Source: Squalus acanthias
Lineage: Eukaryota
Length of the DNA: 64,000 bases
NCBI GenBank assembly: GCA_030390025.1
Contig: JASTWF010000033.1
Span: 3,288,001-3,352,000 of the forward strand
Reading direction: 5' to 3'
The translations under genes were made by a program, and so were the position numbers. The notes under the pieces were generated by a model, which searched no databases, had not been told where the DNA came from, and saw nothing but the letters and a program-made list of their open reading frames with translations. Of this stretch, positions 1 to 13,310 are shown piece after piece; position 1 is the stretch's first letter, and each line of letters opens with the position of its first letter.

Positions 1-274
1 AGTGAATGAATTAATATACCTCAGGACGGGGATGGAGCCTCGGCCCTTCCCACAGAAGATCTAAATTATATGATTGTTTATTGATGTTGGCCGATTTATT
101 TCTACACCTTGGAATTCTGGAGAACCTACTTCATTATTTGTAGAACAAGCTGAGCCGACAGCTCCCTCCCTGTAACAACAGATAAGGGGAAGCCAGCAAT
201 AGTTCTGGCTGGTTTACCCGGTACACTCTGAGACTCTTAACTTACAGGGAGGGTCGGTCGAGCCCCACATTGGT

Positions 275-615
275 GTGATTGCCTGGTATCCTGGCAGCAG
301 TCATGATGCCTTCATCCTGCACCAGTCTGGTGTACCAGCAATCTTCCAGCCACCATGTCAAACCAAAGGGTGGCTGCTCGGAGACAAGGGCTTTCCGCTA
401 TGCACCTGGCTGATGACACCTCACCAATACCCCACCACTCGGGGCCAGCACTCATAAAATGAGAGCCATGCTGCCACGAGGTACCTCATCGCGCAGACTA
501 TCGGGGTGTTAAAGCAACAGTCCCTCAGACTTGACCGCTCATGAGGAGCTCTCCAGTAAACACTGGAGTCCCATTTGGTGGTGATCTGCTGCATGCGCCA
601 CAACTTGGCCATCTT
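275..615 (+). pseudogene. Harbinger/PIF transposase (HARBI1-like DDE nuclease) C-terminal fragment, disrupted
   Basis: Translation YPGSSHDAFIL...WLLGDKGFPLCTWLMTP continues through stops to HAATRYLIAQTIGVLK and CCMRHNLA. These match the HARBI1/PIF motifs PGS.HD, LLGD.GYP and ACC.LHN. Confidence 0.85.
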
Positions 616-828
616 GAGGTCGAAGTGATTGCCACCACGGGTTCTGGGACCACCTCAGGAGGAGGAGGAAGAGGAGGAAGAGCAGGAGGAGGAATAGGTA
701 GAAATAGAAGAGAAGGCTTGCCATTGCACCGAGCATTTCAGTGTGCATACCCATCACCCTTCTTCTGAATACCGTCCCATTGAGGTCATGATCTGATTCC
801 TGTACATCAGAACTCGTGCATGAACTCA

Positions 829-1480
829 CCCACTGGGGAGCTGACACCCATCTATCCTTTCCCCCTGACCTGGCTGCAGCCCAGTGGTGTCCAGTAACTC
901 ACCACCAGCAGAGCCTGCCTCTATACTACACTCTAAAATCCTCGCAGTGCCATTTTCTGAGCTGGTGCCTGTGAATATCAGATGCATTGACGGTGCTCCT
1001 GCACTGCTCTCCTCCAAAGATTCGGGGACAGGTTGGCGTAGTTGGAATTCGTGCGTATCTGAAAGGAGAAAGGCACAAGGGTCGAGATGTGGTGAGGGAT
1101 GGGGGATAGCAAGATATCCATGCCTACACCATCAGTGTGTTGCATTGAGCAATGTGAGAGGCTAGTGGTGGAGATGGTGCGATATGGCATTTGATGATGC
1201 ATTCACCCACCTTGACCACTCGTCTGAGGTCATTAAACTTTTTGCGGGACTGCATCCAGGTCTTGGGGCTAACTCTTGTCGCACTGACGGCTTCAGCGAT
1301 CACCTCCCGCAGCCTTCTGTTGTCCTTCCTTGAAAGCCTCTTGCCACCCTGAGATAGACGGCCTGACAGCGTCTTTGAAACTCGAGGACCAAGGCCTCCA
1401 TTGCTGCATCTGAAAATCACCTCGTCCTTTCTCTTAGCTGTTGGAACATGGTTTTCTCCACAATGACAATGAGGTGCTTC
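829..1480 (-). pseudogene. Harbinger Myb/SANT-like DNA-binding protein gene remnant, spliced
   Basis: EVIAEAVSATRVSPKTWMQSRKKFNDLRRVVKV is an MSANTD/trihelix-like signature. It is followed by donor AAG|GTGGGT (~1210), acceptor ctttctcctttcag (~1060) and donor GG|GTGAGT (~829). It is convergent with the transposase, as in Harbinger elements. The 5' boundary is approximate. Confidence 0.7.
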
Positions 1481-1789
1481 TGCAAAAATGCACTTCCTCT
1501 TTAATAGTGCAGCGAACCTATGCCAAACTTTATTGGCCAGTAGACTGCACACGATATTGTCCCTCCTGTTCAGCACTAAGCCAATCAGCAGCGGATTTAG
1601 CGCTGAGATCAGCATTTCAATCATTCCAATAAGCAGGAAGCACGAATTGTGTGTGCTGCCTGCAACACTTAGAAAGGACTGGGGCAGATCGAGCTTTGCG
1701 CTGCCTGTGCCTGTTTTCAGGACGTGTACAATTTCTAGAGCTATATTCCAGATCAGAACAAATTGCCGCATTACAACAATGCTCCTGAT

Positions 1790-2000
1790 ATTCCTCCTGG
1801 ATTTTTTCTTGCAAATTATCCTAAATCTCTGTCCTTTGGTTACCGACCCTCCTGCCAGTGTAAACAGTTTCTCCCTATATACTCTATCAAAACACTTCAT
1901 GATTTTGATCGCCTCATTTAAATCTCAATTTCACCCTCTCTGCTCTAAGAAGAACAATCCCAGATTCTCTAATCTCTCCACATAACTGAAGTCTCCGGTA
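1790..2000 (-). mobile_element. CR1-type LINE 3' fragment
   Basis: Minus-strand translation CFDRVYREKLFTLAGGSVTKGQRFRI matches the CR1 ORF2 C-terminus seen in other copies in this window. Confidence 0.7.
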
Positions 2001-3956
2001 ACAATTTAAGGATTAGATCTTTGTCTGATGGGGATCCCTGGAAATGTGATTTATTTGCACTCTGCAACTGGAAGTGAGAAAATAAGTGTAAGGACTCCTG
2101 ACAGTGAGTTCTTTGCAGGGGTTCTGTGGAACAGTTAGTATTTGCGAATGGGTTCCGAGGAATTGTGCCATAACTCCAGTAAGTTCCGTGCAATTGTAAA
2201 TGTTTATTCAGGTACCAATGATTACATCACCATCTACAGGAATGGGGCTCTTGGGATCTTGTTATCCCGGTTCCTGGAGGTGTATCAATATTACTGGGGA
2301 GTCCTCAGGAATGTTTCAATGTTTAGAGCAGGTTCATGGCCCTATCTGACTATGTGCAGCGTCAATGGTTGTGTTTTGCTGGGAAAGATTCACGGGTCAT
2401 GTGCACACATTCTTTGGGGTCGCCAGGAGTGTGTCTGCATTTTAAGGGCAATGGAAATAGGACAATGTTTGCCATGGATCTTCAGAAATGAGCAAAGGAT
2501 ATTCCCGGGGGCTCAACCAGATGGTTTGCTTTCACTAACTGAGGTTAAAGTCCACACTGAGAATTGGATAGAAATTCTCTGAAATTACAGAACCTCATTA
2601 TCACAGAGATAATCAGAAACCTGTAACTAAACTTGTTCTCGCTTCACCCAATGCGGTCATACTGACTATTCCACATAATCTGATTAACCCTGAGCTTTGG
2701 GGAGATTCACTTTACATCTGTGCAATATCGGGCTAAATATAGTTTATGATATTGCAACACGTTGTGTAAAAGAGATTAACTGAATCTGTTTGTTCAGTCA
2801 CTGTAATTAATGTCAATCTCCTTGCGCCCTAATTATGTCAGTGGAGATTTATCTCGCCTTACATAAGTGCCTTCGCTCAGTGTGTTAACCCAGAGTGTCT
2901 CTCGGAGCTTGGTCTGCAGAACAACCCGGGATCAGCGTTCTGCAGAAGTTGGAAAAACGTATCGGAGTCCTCCATGAGAAAATATGGCATTGTCTGCAAT
3001 TTATAGTGCACAGAAGATTTATTATCCCACCCTCGCTGTTTTTGGTGTCCCTGGTAAGTCTCTATCTCCAGCAGTTAATCCTGTAACCATTTAATTGTAT
3101 TCCTGCCTGTAACTGTCAAATCCCAGTTGCTGTCGGTGTTCCTTGTAAGTGACCATATTACTATTTCATACTGGAAAAGATATTTAACTGTAAACACTAT
3201 GTTCATTATGCAAGTCTGCATATCCAAAAAATCATTGTATTCAGTTTATTCCTCTTGCTTTGTGTCTGAAAGTAACTTGATCCCCGACAGTGTCACTGGG
3301 TGATTTATTGAATGAATATCTTACAATCTGCAGTTCGGTCTGAGTCTGGGAGTAGATTTTACACTTTACCCTCTGGGCGTTAAACAGCGACTGAGGAGGC
3401 CGGTGGAACAAGAAGTGGGCGAGAAGGATTTACAACACCAGCCACAGTGGTTCCATTGATTTTCAAGGAAGGTGAATCTGGCGGGTTCTATTATTGGTGA
3501 AGGGTCTGTTCCCCGCCCCGATTATCTGTGTGTGCTCCGGACAGGCGGTGATTGATTGTTAAACAGTAAAGATCGACTCAAATCCAATCAGGAATATGTT
3601 CATGGCTTCAAGGATATTTTTTATATCTGTTGGATAACATTAATGATACAGAGTTGCAATTGGCGATAAATCATTCCAACTGATTTCAATTCCAATTGAT
3701 TGTAAATGGAGTAAGGTGCATTGTAGATTCCTTTATCATTTTATCGTTTTGTATTCCCTCTATCAATTTGAAACCTATTCAGTTCTCACTCACATGTGGA
3801 CAGCGCCAGATTAGCATTGTTTCACTTCCATTCAGATTCTTTCTCCAACACAAGGTGGCAGATCGAATCGTTAGTTACATCATCAGCCCCTTTATAGTGG
3901 CTGCCCATCCGAATAGCTTCGAAATACGAGTGGAAATTCTCCCATTACAAAATCAT

Positions 3957-4016
<60 letters not shown>

Positions 4017-4053
4017 CAGATAGATAGATTGTTAGATCGATAAACAGACAGAC

Positions 4054-4105
<52 letters not shown>

Positions 4106-4173
4106 CGATAGATAGATAGATAGATAGATAGATAGACAGATAGATAGATTGATAGATCGATAAACAGACAGAC

Positions 4174-4257
<84 letters not shown>
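3957..4257. repeat. (GATA)n/(GACA)n microsatellite
   Basis: Direct tetranucleotide array with an internal ~120-bp higher-order duplication. Confidence 0.98.
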
Positions 4258-5021
4258 GGACAAACAGTGGATAGATATACTGACAGATAGACAGACAGGT
4301 AGTACATTTTGTATTGGTAATAGTGTAAGATCGGTTATGTAACACTGGCCTCCCATTATACACCTCTCACGAATTTACTTTACATTGATTTTAATGGATA
4401 GCGAAACCGAGTGGGGTTTTAGAAACATTTGCCCATTCGATATTGTCTGGTTTACTTCTTTGCTGAAAGTTAAAAGTTGCGCCAGTAATCAATGATTGAA
4501 ATCGGGCAGTGTGTAAAAGCCTCAGCCAATCCGCTATTGGCCATTTTTATCCGGGAGCAAAAGAGAATATTCCGTTATTATTGCCAATACTGATTTTTTT
4601 TAAGTTTCTCTCTCTTCCTCTCCAGAAGGTATTGTGTCCTTGATGAGTTTTCACAAGACAGCTATCTCATGTTCCACACATGATTACAGATGATTCTCCT
4701 TTGGTCCATTTTTCCACTGCCGTTTCACACCCCAGATGTTTCCTGTCCAGAAGGAGACGATTCAGCCTTCTCTCAGTCTCAGCTGGTTGCTGCAGTATTT
4801 CAAAAACGACTCCCCAGACCCACTCTCTCCTCATGACCCGGTGTCTTCCTCTGCTCCTTGTACTGTTCTCCTCTTTAGTTAGAAGTATATCCTCTAAGAG
4901 TGATTTACGCTGTCTCGAGTTCCGACCCATCACACGGCTGATGTTAATTTTGAAATATCTCATTGATGATTTTAATTCACTATTGAATCTCTGCCTCTGT
5001 ATCTAATTTCAGCTATCATTT

Positions 5022-5190
5022 GAAGCTAACCCGCCCGGCGGGAACCAGGCGAGTTCGGGCCGGAATCCGGTTTTACAGCCCGCCCGATTCGCTCTGCATT
5101 GACTTCAATGTTGCGGACCATTGGACCTTGAGTAAAACATGTGTCCGACTTGAACACACTCCATTCCCGCTGGTCGGGTTAGTTTAAATT
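5022..5190. mobile_element. Short palindromic MITE-like element
   Basis: gctaacccgcccggcgggaa pairs with ttcccgctggtcgggttagt around a central palindrome cattgacttcaatg. Related decayed copies may lie at ~3350-3580 and ~4340-4560. Confidence 0.5.
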
Positions 5191-5379
5191 CCGGGTTTAT
5201 ACAGGGCCTTGCTAGGTTTCGGTACCAGGGACCACTCTAAAATTACCGTTCATTAAGTTTGAGGCGAGGCAGCAGGTGTAAAATGTCATTCTGCCATGGC
5301 ACATAACGTGGCTGAACAATCCTTTTACTCGTCAAACATTCAAACAGACACTTTCCAGCAGAAGTCATTACACAGTGTA

Positions 5380-5590
5380 CAGGAGCAGGACCAAGGCGTA
5401 TACCCCACCGTATCCCAGGGTCACTGATCAGGAGCAGGACCAAGGCATATAACCCACCATATCCCAGGGTCACTGATCAGGAGCAGGACCAAGGCGATTA
5501 CCCCACCATATCCCAGGGTCACTGATCAGGAGCAGGACCAAGGCGTATACCCCACCACATCCCAGAGTTACTGATTATGAGCAGGAGTCA
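5380..5590. repeat. 49-bp minisatellite, ~4 copies; degenerate copies resume at ~6240-6420
   Basis: Unit caggagcaggaccaaggcgtataccccaccgtatcccagggtcactgat starts at 5380, 5429, 5478 and 5527. Confidence 0.9.
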
Positions 5591-6235
5591 TGTAAACAAT
5601 GGTCAACAGAAGAGGTGAGAGATAACATAAAGCTAATGGAAAGAACATACAAAAGTGAAAATAATAGTGTAGATCGAGGGAGCTGCCAGAGATAGAAAGA
5701 ACAGCAAAGGAAGACAACACAGATATTAAGAGCTGGAAAGAGGGAATACGAAAAGAAAATTGCGATGGATTTCAAGAGCAACACAAAAGGTTTTTACAAT
5801 TATATAAGAGAAAAAGTAGTCGGGGTAACGTAAGCAAGAAAACAGTATCAGCAAATATAATGGCACTGAAGACTGATAATCCCGAGAACCAGCTGGTTTC
5901 CACCCCACGGTTATAAAGAAAGTAGTGAGGAAATTGCAGATGGTTTAGCCGTAATCTTCCGAAGCTCTCTCGAGTCATGAATTGTCCCATTAGGTTGCAA
6001 ATGCAATTGTTATTTAGGAAAGGTGAGAGAGAAATACCAGGAAATTAAACACCAGATAGTCTAACATCTGTTTTGGGAAGTGATTCAGCTAAACTGAGCA
6101 TTTTTTGGGTATTAAGTTATACAGACACGAGGCAGATGAATGGAGTTTGGATACAGATAGCCCAGATCTCATTAAATGGCGGAACAGGCTCGATGGGCTG
6201 AATGGCACACTCCTGCTCCTAAGTTCATATGTGAC
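5590..6235 (+). mobile_element. Degenerate, internally deleted CR1-type LINE
   Basis: Shows CR1-like gaaaattgcgatgg...aaaggttttt and a 3' end aaatggcggaacaggctcgatgggctgaatggc...ctcctgctcct. Confidence 0.65.
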
Positions 6236-9200
6236 ATCCCAACAATACCCAGGGTCTCTGATCAGCATCAGGAGTCAGGGGATTACATACTCAGCATATC
6301 CCAGGGTCAGTGATCAGGAGCAGGACCAATGGGAGTTTCACCCTCAGCACATCCCAGAGTCACTGCTTAGGAGCTGGAACCAGGGGGATCAACCCCACCA
6401 TATCACAGGGTCATTGATTCCAATTGTAACTGACTAGGCCCAGATTCGACCGTGGGACCTTCTGTCAGCACCATCAGGTTTTGTTGGCACCAGTCAGTGT
6501 GTTTACTCTTTGTTCATTAGAGCAAACCACATTCTATTGTTGGACATTTCTGAATAAATATAACCGTGTTATTTTCATGTTTATTTATCCAATTTGATCA
6601 GACCTTGACTTCACAAATCATTACTGACAGTTGACTTGAAGTCTTAGTTCTAACATGAAGTTCTGTGACATCGGATTCCATCACGGGATTTGTGAGCTTT
6701 CAGTAAATTGCATCCATTCATCCACGACACTGATATTTCTGCTCCCATCCTGATGTATAATTTCCCTTTCCCCCCTCCCTTACAGTTAACTTAGTGACGA
6801 TTGTGATCCTGTCTCGGGGAAATTGTGGTTTCTCCAAATGTGTCACTCGGTACTTGGTGGCCATGGCAGCGGCGGATCTGCTGGTCATTATCATCGAACG
6901 ATACTGGGGCACATCCCCATTGTTTATTATACAAAGTTTGACTTTGTGAAAGACATTCCCGTGTGTAATATCCACGCAGTCCTACTTTATGCAGCCACAG
7001 ACTGTTCTGTCTGGTTCACTGTCACTTTCACCTTTGATCGATTTGTGGCCATTTGTTGCCAGAAGCTAAAAAAAAAAATTGCACCGAGAAATCGGCGGCG
7101 GTGGTTATTGGAACAATGACTGTGTTGTTCTGTGTGAAGAACATTTTCTGGTACTTTATGGTTAAAAGCACGTATGTGCTAATGAGAGTTCCCTGGTTCT
7201 GCGCTATGAAACTCAGTGTTATGCTTTCACCAGTATGGACAGCAATTGAATTTCTACTTTATATTTTCACCCCGTGTGTACCATTTATTCTAATTCTGAT
7301 GCTCAATGTTTTAACTGTCAGACACATTTTAGTGACCATCAGAATTCGGAAGAGACTTCGGGACCGGGTCAGTGGGGAGAGTCCCAGTGACCCAGAGTCT
7401 AAAAACAGAAGAAAATCAATTACTGTACTTTTTGTGATCTCGGGGAATTTTATCGTTCTATGGGCTGTGCTCCTGCTCAATACGATGTATACTAGAATTG
7501 TTCTGGTGAGCGAGTTCCCTATTGCTGAGCTCCCCAATATTGTACGAGAACTTGGGTTTATGCTCCAGCTCCTGAGTTGCTGCACAAACACTTTTATTTA
7601 TGCCGTGACCCAGAGTAAGTTCAGAGAGGAGCTGAAGAATGGGGAGAAATATCCCTTCACTGTACTTTCTAAGATTATAAAATAACGAGGAAAACGGAAG
7701 ATTTTCACACGTAGGCCACAATGTTGTTTCACACGGTATCCCACCCCCTCACCACCCGGTCTCTGTAAACCTGTTATTTTGAAGGCAAACCGAGCTGATT
7801 TGATTGAGATTGAATTTGATGCAAGGCGTGTTTTGTAAACTTGGAGCAGCTGCCGTGTGTGGAAAATCCTTTACTGTAATCACACATTTAAATAAAATTA
7901 AACTAACATGGAACAACTACCGTGACAATTGTTTATTGGGTTTTATTGCTGTCTGTGTTCATGGATTCGGCCGGACGGACTGTGATTCTATATAATGGAC
8001 TGTAACTGGGAAAAGATACAACACCAGTCGGCAATACCGCGAGTTCCCCTTTACAGAGACCATCTCCGGGTAGGTAACTGATTCCTGCAGTCCGACTGCT
8101 GAAATACAAGTTATTCTGAGTGTAACCTTCTTCATGAGGTGTATATGAGGAGTTATTTACCACTCGGCTGATGGATACTGCGCGCATTACAATGGTTACC
8201 TTTATAAAGCCTGGAATTTGAGGTGGTTAATGACGGCGAACAAACAACATTCGCTGTTATTACCCCTCTGAAGCTGACCGCAACTTCAGGATGCAGCGCA
8301 TGGGCATCGAAACACGGAAATCCTGAAGTTGCGGTCAGTCATTCACTGCTCCGACACTGGCTGCGCTGTGCCCCCGCCCCCACCCCCATAGCCGGCAATC
8401 AGTGGAATCAGGGAAATCAGTGAAACTGACCAAACTCGGGCTTTTCCCGGCAATATCGCTGTTAAATACCCCGTTAAATGCATTCGGTGTAACTGGGGTT
8501 TTAACAGCGAATTGACTGCTAAACAAGCGTTATGGCCCTGAATAAATATTTTTAATTTTGTGGAGTGTCAAATTTCTCCATTGTGATAAAATTAAGTTTA
8601 TTATAAACTTTAAACAAAATTATATTATTTTAAAGTTTGTTGATATTTATTTCAGGTTTATCTTTTCCCCATGTGAGATCCCCAATCTTTGATTTTCTCT
8701 CTATAACATTTTTTAAAAGTCTGATTAAACGCAACTTCTTCGCGTCCTGCTTCCTGTGAGAATTCTGCATTGTGCTGCACAGACTTTAAATTAATAAATC
8801 AGCGTCATTAACAAATATAATTAGTTGATGCTAAAGCCAAAAAAAAGTAGATATAATAAACAGGTAAGGATGAAATTGGTCCTGGACGGGACAGTAAAAC
8901 GGGCGATAGTGAATCGACAGCCTTTTTGTCGAGCCCAGGATTTTCTTTTCAATTCAACACGGTGCTCCACACGGGGTCTGACCAAGGCTCTGTATAACTG
9001 AAGCCTTATTTCCTCCTGTTCATATTTGAGTTCCCTTCAGATTTTATGTTTAATACCCTCAGGACACCTTGGGATTGGGAAAAAAATGATGCCTTGCCAG
9101 AGCTGCCCACAAAACAAGGAGCAACAATTGAAAAAACTAAATTAATAATTGAAAAAGTGAACATGACGTGGTGCAGATGAAATATAAGAAGTTAAGATTT

Positions 9201-10142
9201 TATTATTTAATTATTACAAAATACATCACATTATCGGGACAATAGTAGAGGCAGTTCAAACACCAGCGACAACTAATATACATGGATGAGCGTTTGGATT
9301 TCAATCTTACACCACGTATGTCTCGTAATCTTCTGCTGTGCCTTTTCTAATTTCAGTTTTACTAGAACACTTGGACAACTGTCATCGTGGCTTCTTTAAC
9401 ATGAGAACCTCCGTAAAGCAAATGCATAGGGTTTATGCAACCTGTCTTCATAACTTAACCCTATAAGCCCTTGTATCATTCTGGTGAATCTGGGCTGTTC
9501 CTGCTCCAGGGCCATATATACATTTCCTGAGGGTCGATGCCCAAAATTAAATGCAGTTTCCCAAATGGGGTCTGGCCAAGGCTTTGTAAAACTCAAGCAT
9601 CGCTTCCTTTCATTTGTATTCCAGCCGCCATTAGCTTTGAATATTAAAGCCCTCGAGGCACCAGGGGAGTGGCAATAAATTGAAACTTGTCAGCATCGCC
9701 CCCAACCCAGGAACCAAAAATTAAATAAAAGGTATGTATAATTGAAAAAGTTAAAACCAGAAGTGGTGCAGATACAACAGAAAATGCAAAGGTATTTTTA
9801 TTTCAAAATTACAGAAGAGAAAATAATCTGTGGCCACTAGTGGAGGCCATTCATACACCAAGAACAAATAGCGACACATCGATAGCCATTTTGATTCGAA
9901 TATTACACTGGTGAATCTCGAGATTTTCTGTGGTGCCTTTTCTGTTCACTGCATTAAGAGAAACCATGGCAAACCATCAAAGTGTACTTTCAATATGAGA
10001 ACTTCTGTACAGCAAATGCACAAAGCATGGATGATTGAGTGAAAGGGCTACCATATCTGATGATTTGCTGCTGCCAAGAGTTTGGGCCTTTGATTAATTA
10101 ATTTAAAAAACCTTCGAGAAATCAGAGATAAGATGTGGTTTA

Positions 10143-11855
10143 AAGAACATAAGAACATAAGAAATAGGAGCAGGAGTAGACCATTTGGCCCCTCGAGCCT
10201 GCTCCGCCATTTAATGAGATAATGGCTGATCTGATCTTGGGTTCAGCTCCATTTCCCATCCCGCTCCCCATAACCCAGCACTCCCTTATTGTTCAAAAAT
10301 CTGTCTATCTCCACCTTAAATATATTCAATGACCCAGCCTCCACAGCTCTCTGGGGCAGAGAATTCCACTGATTTACGACCCTCAGAGAAGAAATTCCTC
10401 CTCATCTCAGTTTTAAATGGGCGACCCCTTATTCTGAAACTATGGCCCCTAGTTCCAGATTCCCACGTGAGGGGAAATATCTTCTCTGCATCTACCTTGT
10501 CGAGCCCCCTCAGTATCTTATATATTTCAATATGATCACCTCTCATTCTTCAAAACTCCAATGAGTCTAGGCCCAACCTGCTCAACCTTTCTTCATAAGT
10601 CAACCCCTTCATCTCAGGAATCAAACTCGTGAACCTTCTCTGAACTGCCTCCAATGCATGAATACCCCTCCTTAAATATGGAGACCAAAACTGTACACAG
10701 TATTCCAGGTGTGGTCTCACCAATATCCTGTACAGTTGTAGCAGGGCTTCCCTGCTTTTATACTCCAACCCCCTTTCAATAAAGGACAACATTCCACTTG
10801 CGTTCCTGATTACTTGCTATACCTGCATGTTAACTTTTTGTGTTTCATGCACAAGGTCCTCCAGGTCCCTCTGTACTGCAGCATTTTGTAATCTCTCTCC
10901 ATTTGAATAATAATTGTTTTTAAATGTTTTTTATCAAAGTGGATAACCTCACACTTTCCCACATTAAACTCCATCTGCCAAATGTTTGCCCACTCACTTA
11001 GCCTGTCTATATCCCTTTGCAGATTCTTTGTGTCCTCTTCACAACTTGCTTTCCCACCTATCTTTGTATCATCAGCAAATTAGTCTACATTACACACGGT
11101 CCGTTTATCCAAGTCATTAATATAGATTGTAAATAGTTGAGGCCCCAGCACTGATCCCTGCAGCATCCCACTTGTTAACGTTTGCCACCCGGAAAATGAA
11201 TTATTTATGCCGACTCTCTGTTTTCTGTTAGTTAGCCAATCCTCTATCCATGCTAATATATTAGCCCCAACCCCGTGAGCTCTTATCTTGTGCAGTAACC
11301 TTTTACATGGCACCTTATCGAATGCCTTCTAGAAATCCAAATGCACCACATCCACTGGTTCCCCTTTATCCACCCTGCTCGTTACATCCTCAAAGAACTT
11401 CAGCAAATTTGTCAAACATTCATAAAACCATGCTGACTCTGCTTGACTGTATTACGATTTTCTAAATGTCCTGCTACTGCTTCCTTAATAATGGACTCCA
11501 GCATTTTCCCAATGACAGATGTTAGACTAACTGATCTATATTTTCCTGCTTTCTGTCTCCCTCCCTTCTTAAATAGGGGCGTTACATTTGTGGTTTTCCA
11601 ATCCACTGCGACCTCTCAAGAATCCAAGGAATTTTGGTAGATTGCAACCAGTGCATCCACTATCTCTGCTGCCACTACTTTTAAGACCCTAGGATGCAGA
11701 CCATCAGTTCCCTGGGACTTGTCCGCCTTTAAACCTATTATTTTACCGAGTGCTTTTTCTTTAGTGATTGAGATTGTTTTAAGTTCCCCCCTCCCTATAG
11801 CCACTGATTATATATTATTGGGATGGTGTTAGTGTCTTCTACTGTGAAGACTGAT
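10143..11855 (-). mobile_element. CR1/HER1-type LINE, RT plus 3' tail, disrupted
   Basis: Fragments [47 protein letters not shown] and RGDHIEIYKIL; tail agaacataagaacataag at ~10144. Confidence 0.95.
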
Positions 11856-11859
11856 ACAA

Positions 11860-12078
11860 AGGGGGGAGGGAGAGATAGAGGGGGAGGGAGAGAGAGTGGG
11901 GCAGGGAGATTGAGAGGATGGAGAGATAGAGAGCGCGGAGAGAGAGAGAGAGCGTCGGAAGAGAGAGAGAATGAGGAGATAGAGGGGAGAGAGAGATAAA
12001 TGGGAGAGGGGAGAGGGTAGAGAGAGGCGAGAGAGAAGAGGGGAAGAGCGAGAGAGAGGGGAGAGAGGAGGGGGAGAG
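11860..12078. repeat. Purine-rich (GA/GGA) low-complexity tract
   Basis: Almost pure G/A run between two LINE fragments. Confidence 0.9.
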
Positions 12079-12099
12079 GTGTTTGTAAACACATCAGCC

Positions 12100-13310
12100 T
12101 TGTCTTTTCCACTCATGTGATGGGCTCTGTCATCATTGAGGATGGAGATAGTTGTTTAATTGTCCACCACAATTCACGACTGGATGTGGCAGGACTGCAG
12201 AGCTTTGATCTGATCCGTTGATTGTGGGGTCGCTAAGCCCTGTCTATAGCATGCTGCTCCTGCTTTTTAGCATGAATGCAGTCCTGTGTTGCAGTTTCGC
12301 CAGGTTGGTATCTTATTTTTAGGTACACCTGGTGCTGCTCCTGGCATGCCCTTCTACACTCGTTATTGAACCAAGGTTGGTCCCCTGGCTTTATAGTAAT
12401 GGTAGACTGAGGGATATGCCGGGCCATGAGGTTACAGATTGTGGTTGAATAAAATTCTGCTGCTGCTGATGGACCACAGCGCCTCATGGATGCGCAGTTT
12501 TGAGCTGCTAGATCTGTTCTGAATCTATCCCATTTAGCACGGTGGGAGTGCCACACAACACAATGACGGGTGTCCTCAGTGTGAAGACGGGACTTTGTCT
12601 CCACAATGACTGTGCGGTGGTCACTGATACCAATGCCATCATGGAAATTTGCATCTGCGACAGGTAGATTGGTGAGGACGAGATCGTGTATGTTTTTCCC
12701 TCGTGTTGGTTCTCTCACCACCTGCCGCAGGCCCAGACTGGCAGTTATGTCTTTCAGCCCTCGGCCAGTTCAGTCAGTAGTGGTGCTGCCGAGCCACTCT
12801 TGGTGATGGACATTGAAGTCCCCCACCCAGAGTAAATTCTGTGCCCTTGCTACTCTCAGTGCTTCTTCCAAGTGATGTTCAACATGGAGGATTACTGATT
12901 CATCAGCTGAGGGAGGGCGGTCGGTGGTAAACAGCAGGAGGTTTCCTTGACCATGCTTGACCTGAAGCAATGAGACTTCATGGGGTCCGGAGTCAATGTT
13001 GAGACCTCCCAGCGCCACTCCTTCCCGACTGTATACCACTGTGCCGCCACCTCTGGTGGGTCTGTCCTGCCGGTGGGACAGGACATACCCAGGGATGGCG
13101 ATGGAGGAGTTTGGGACATTGGCTGAAAGATATGATTCTGTGAGTCTGACTATGTCAGGCTGTTGCTTGACCAGTCTGTGGGACAGCTCTCCCAATTTTG
13201 GCACAATTCCCCAGATGTTGGTGAGGAAGACTTTGCACGTTCGTCGGGGCCGGGTGTGTCATTGCAGTGTCCGTAGCTGGTGCCGAGGTAGATGCCGGGT
13301 GGTCCATCCG
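12100..13310 (-). mobile_element. Second LINE lineage (CR1/L2 group), AP-endonuclease region
   Basis: PDIVRLTESYL, RQDRPTRGGG, DRPPS, VGDFNVHH and PTRGKNIHDLVLTN...SDH are APE motifs; the sequence is clearly different from the dominant CR1 family. Confidence 0.85.

Larger units (their letters stand above)
2984..7685 (+). pseudogene. GPR139/GPR142-like class A GPCR; exons 2984-3053 and 6786-7685, two frameshifts
   Basis: Exon 1 MALSAIYSAQKIYYPTLAVFGVP ends at G|gtaagt. Exon 2 follows a pyrimidine tract and tacag: VNLVTIVILSRGNCGFSKCVTRYLVAMAAADLLVII, then SVWFTVTFTFDRFVAICCQK and LQLLSCCTNTFIYAVTQSKFREEL. There is a -1 frameshift near 6899 and another in the A11 run at 7068-7078; they do not compensate. 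Confidence 0.9.

Noticed and set aside
1969..2582. Possible decayed coding exon
   Set aside because: No family could be recognised in any frame, and the alternative frames contain several stops.
3892..4363. SIYL-repeat ORFs
   Set aside because: They are translations of the (GATA)n microsatellite.
4667..5006. Overlapping ~100-aa ORFs in the GPCR intron
   Set aside because: No recognisable motifs or splice support.
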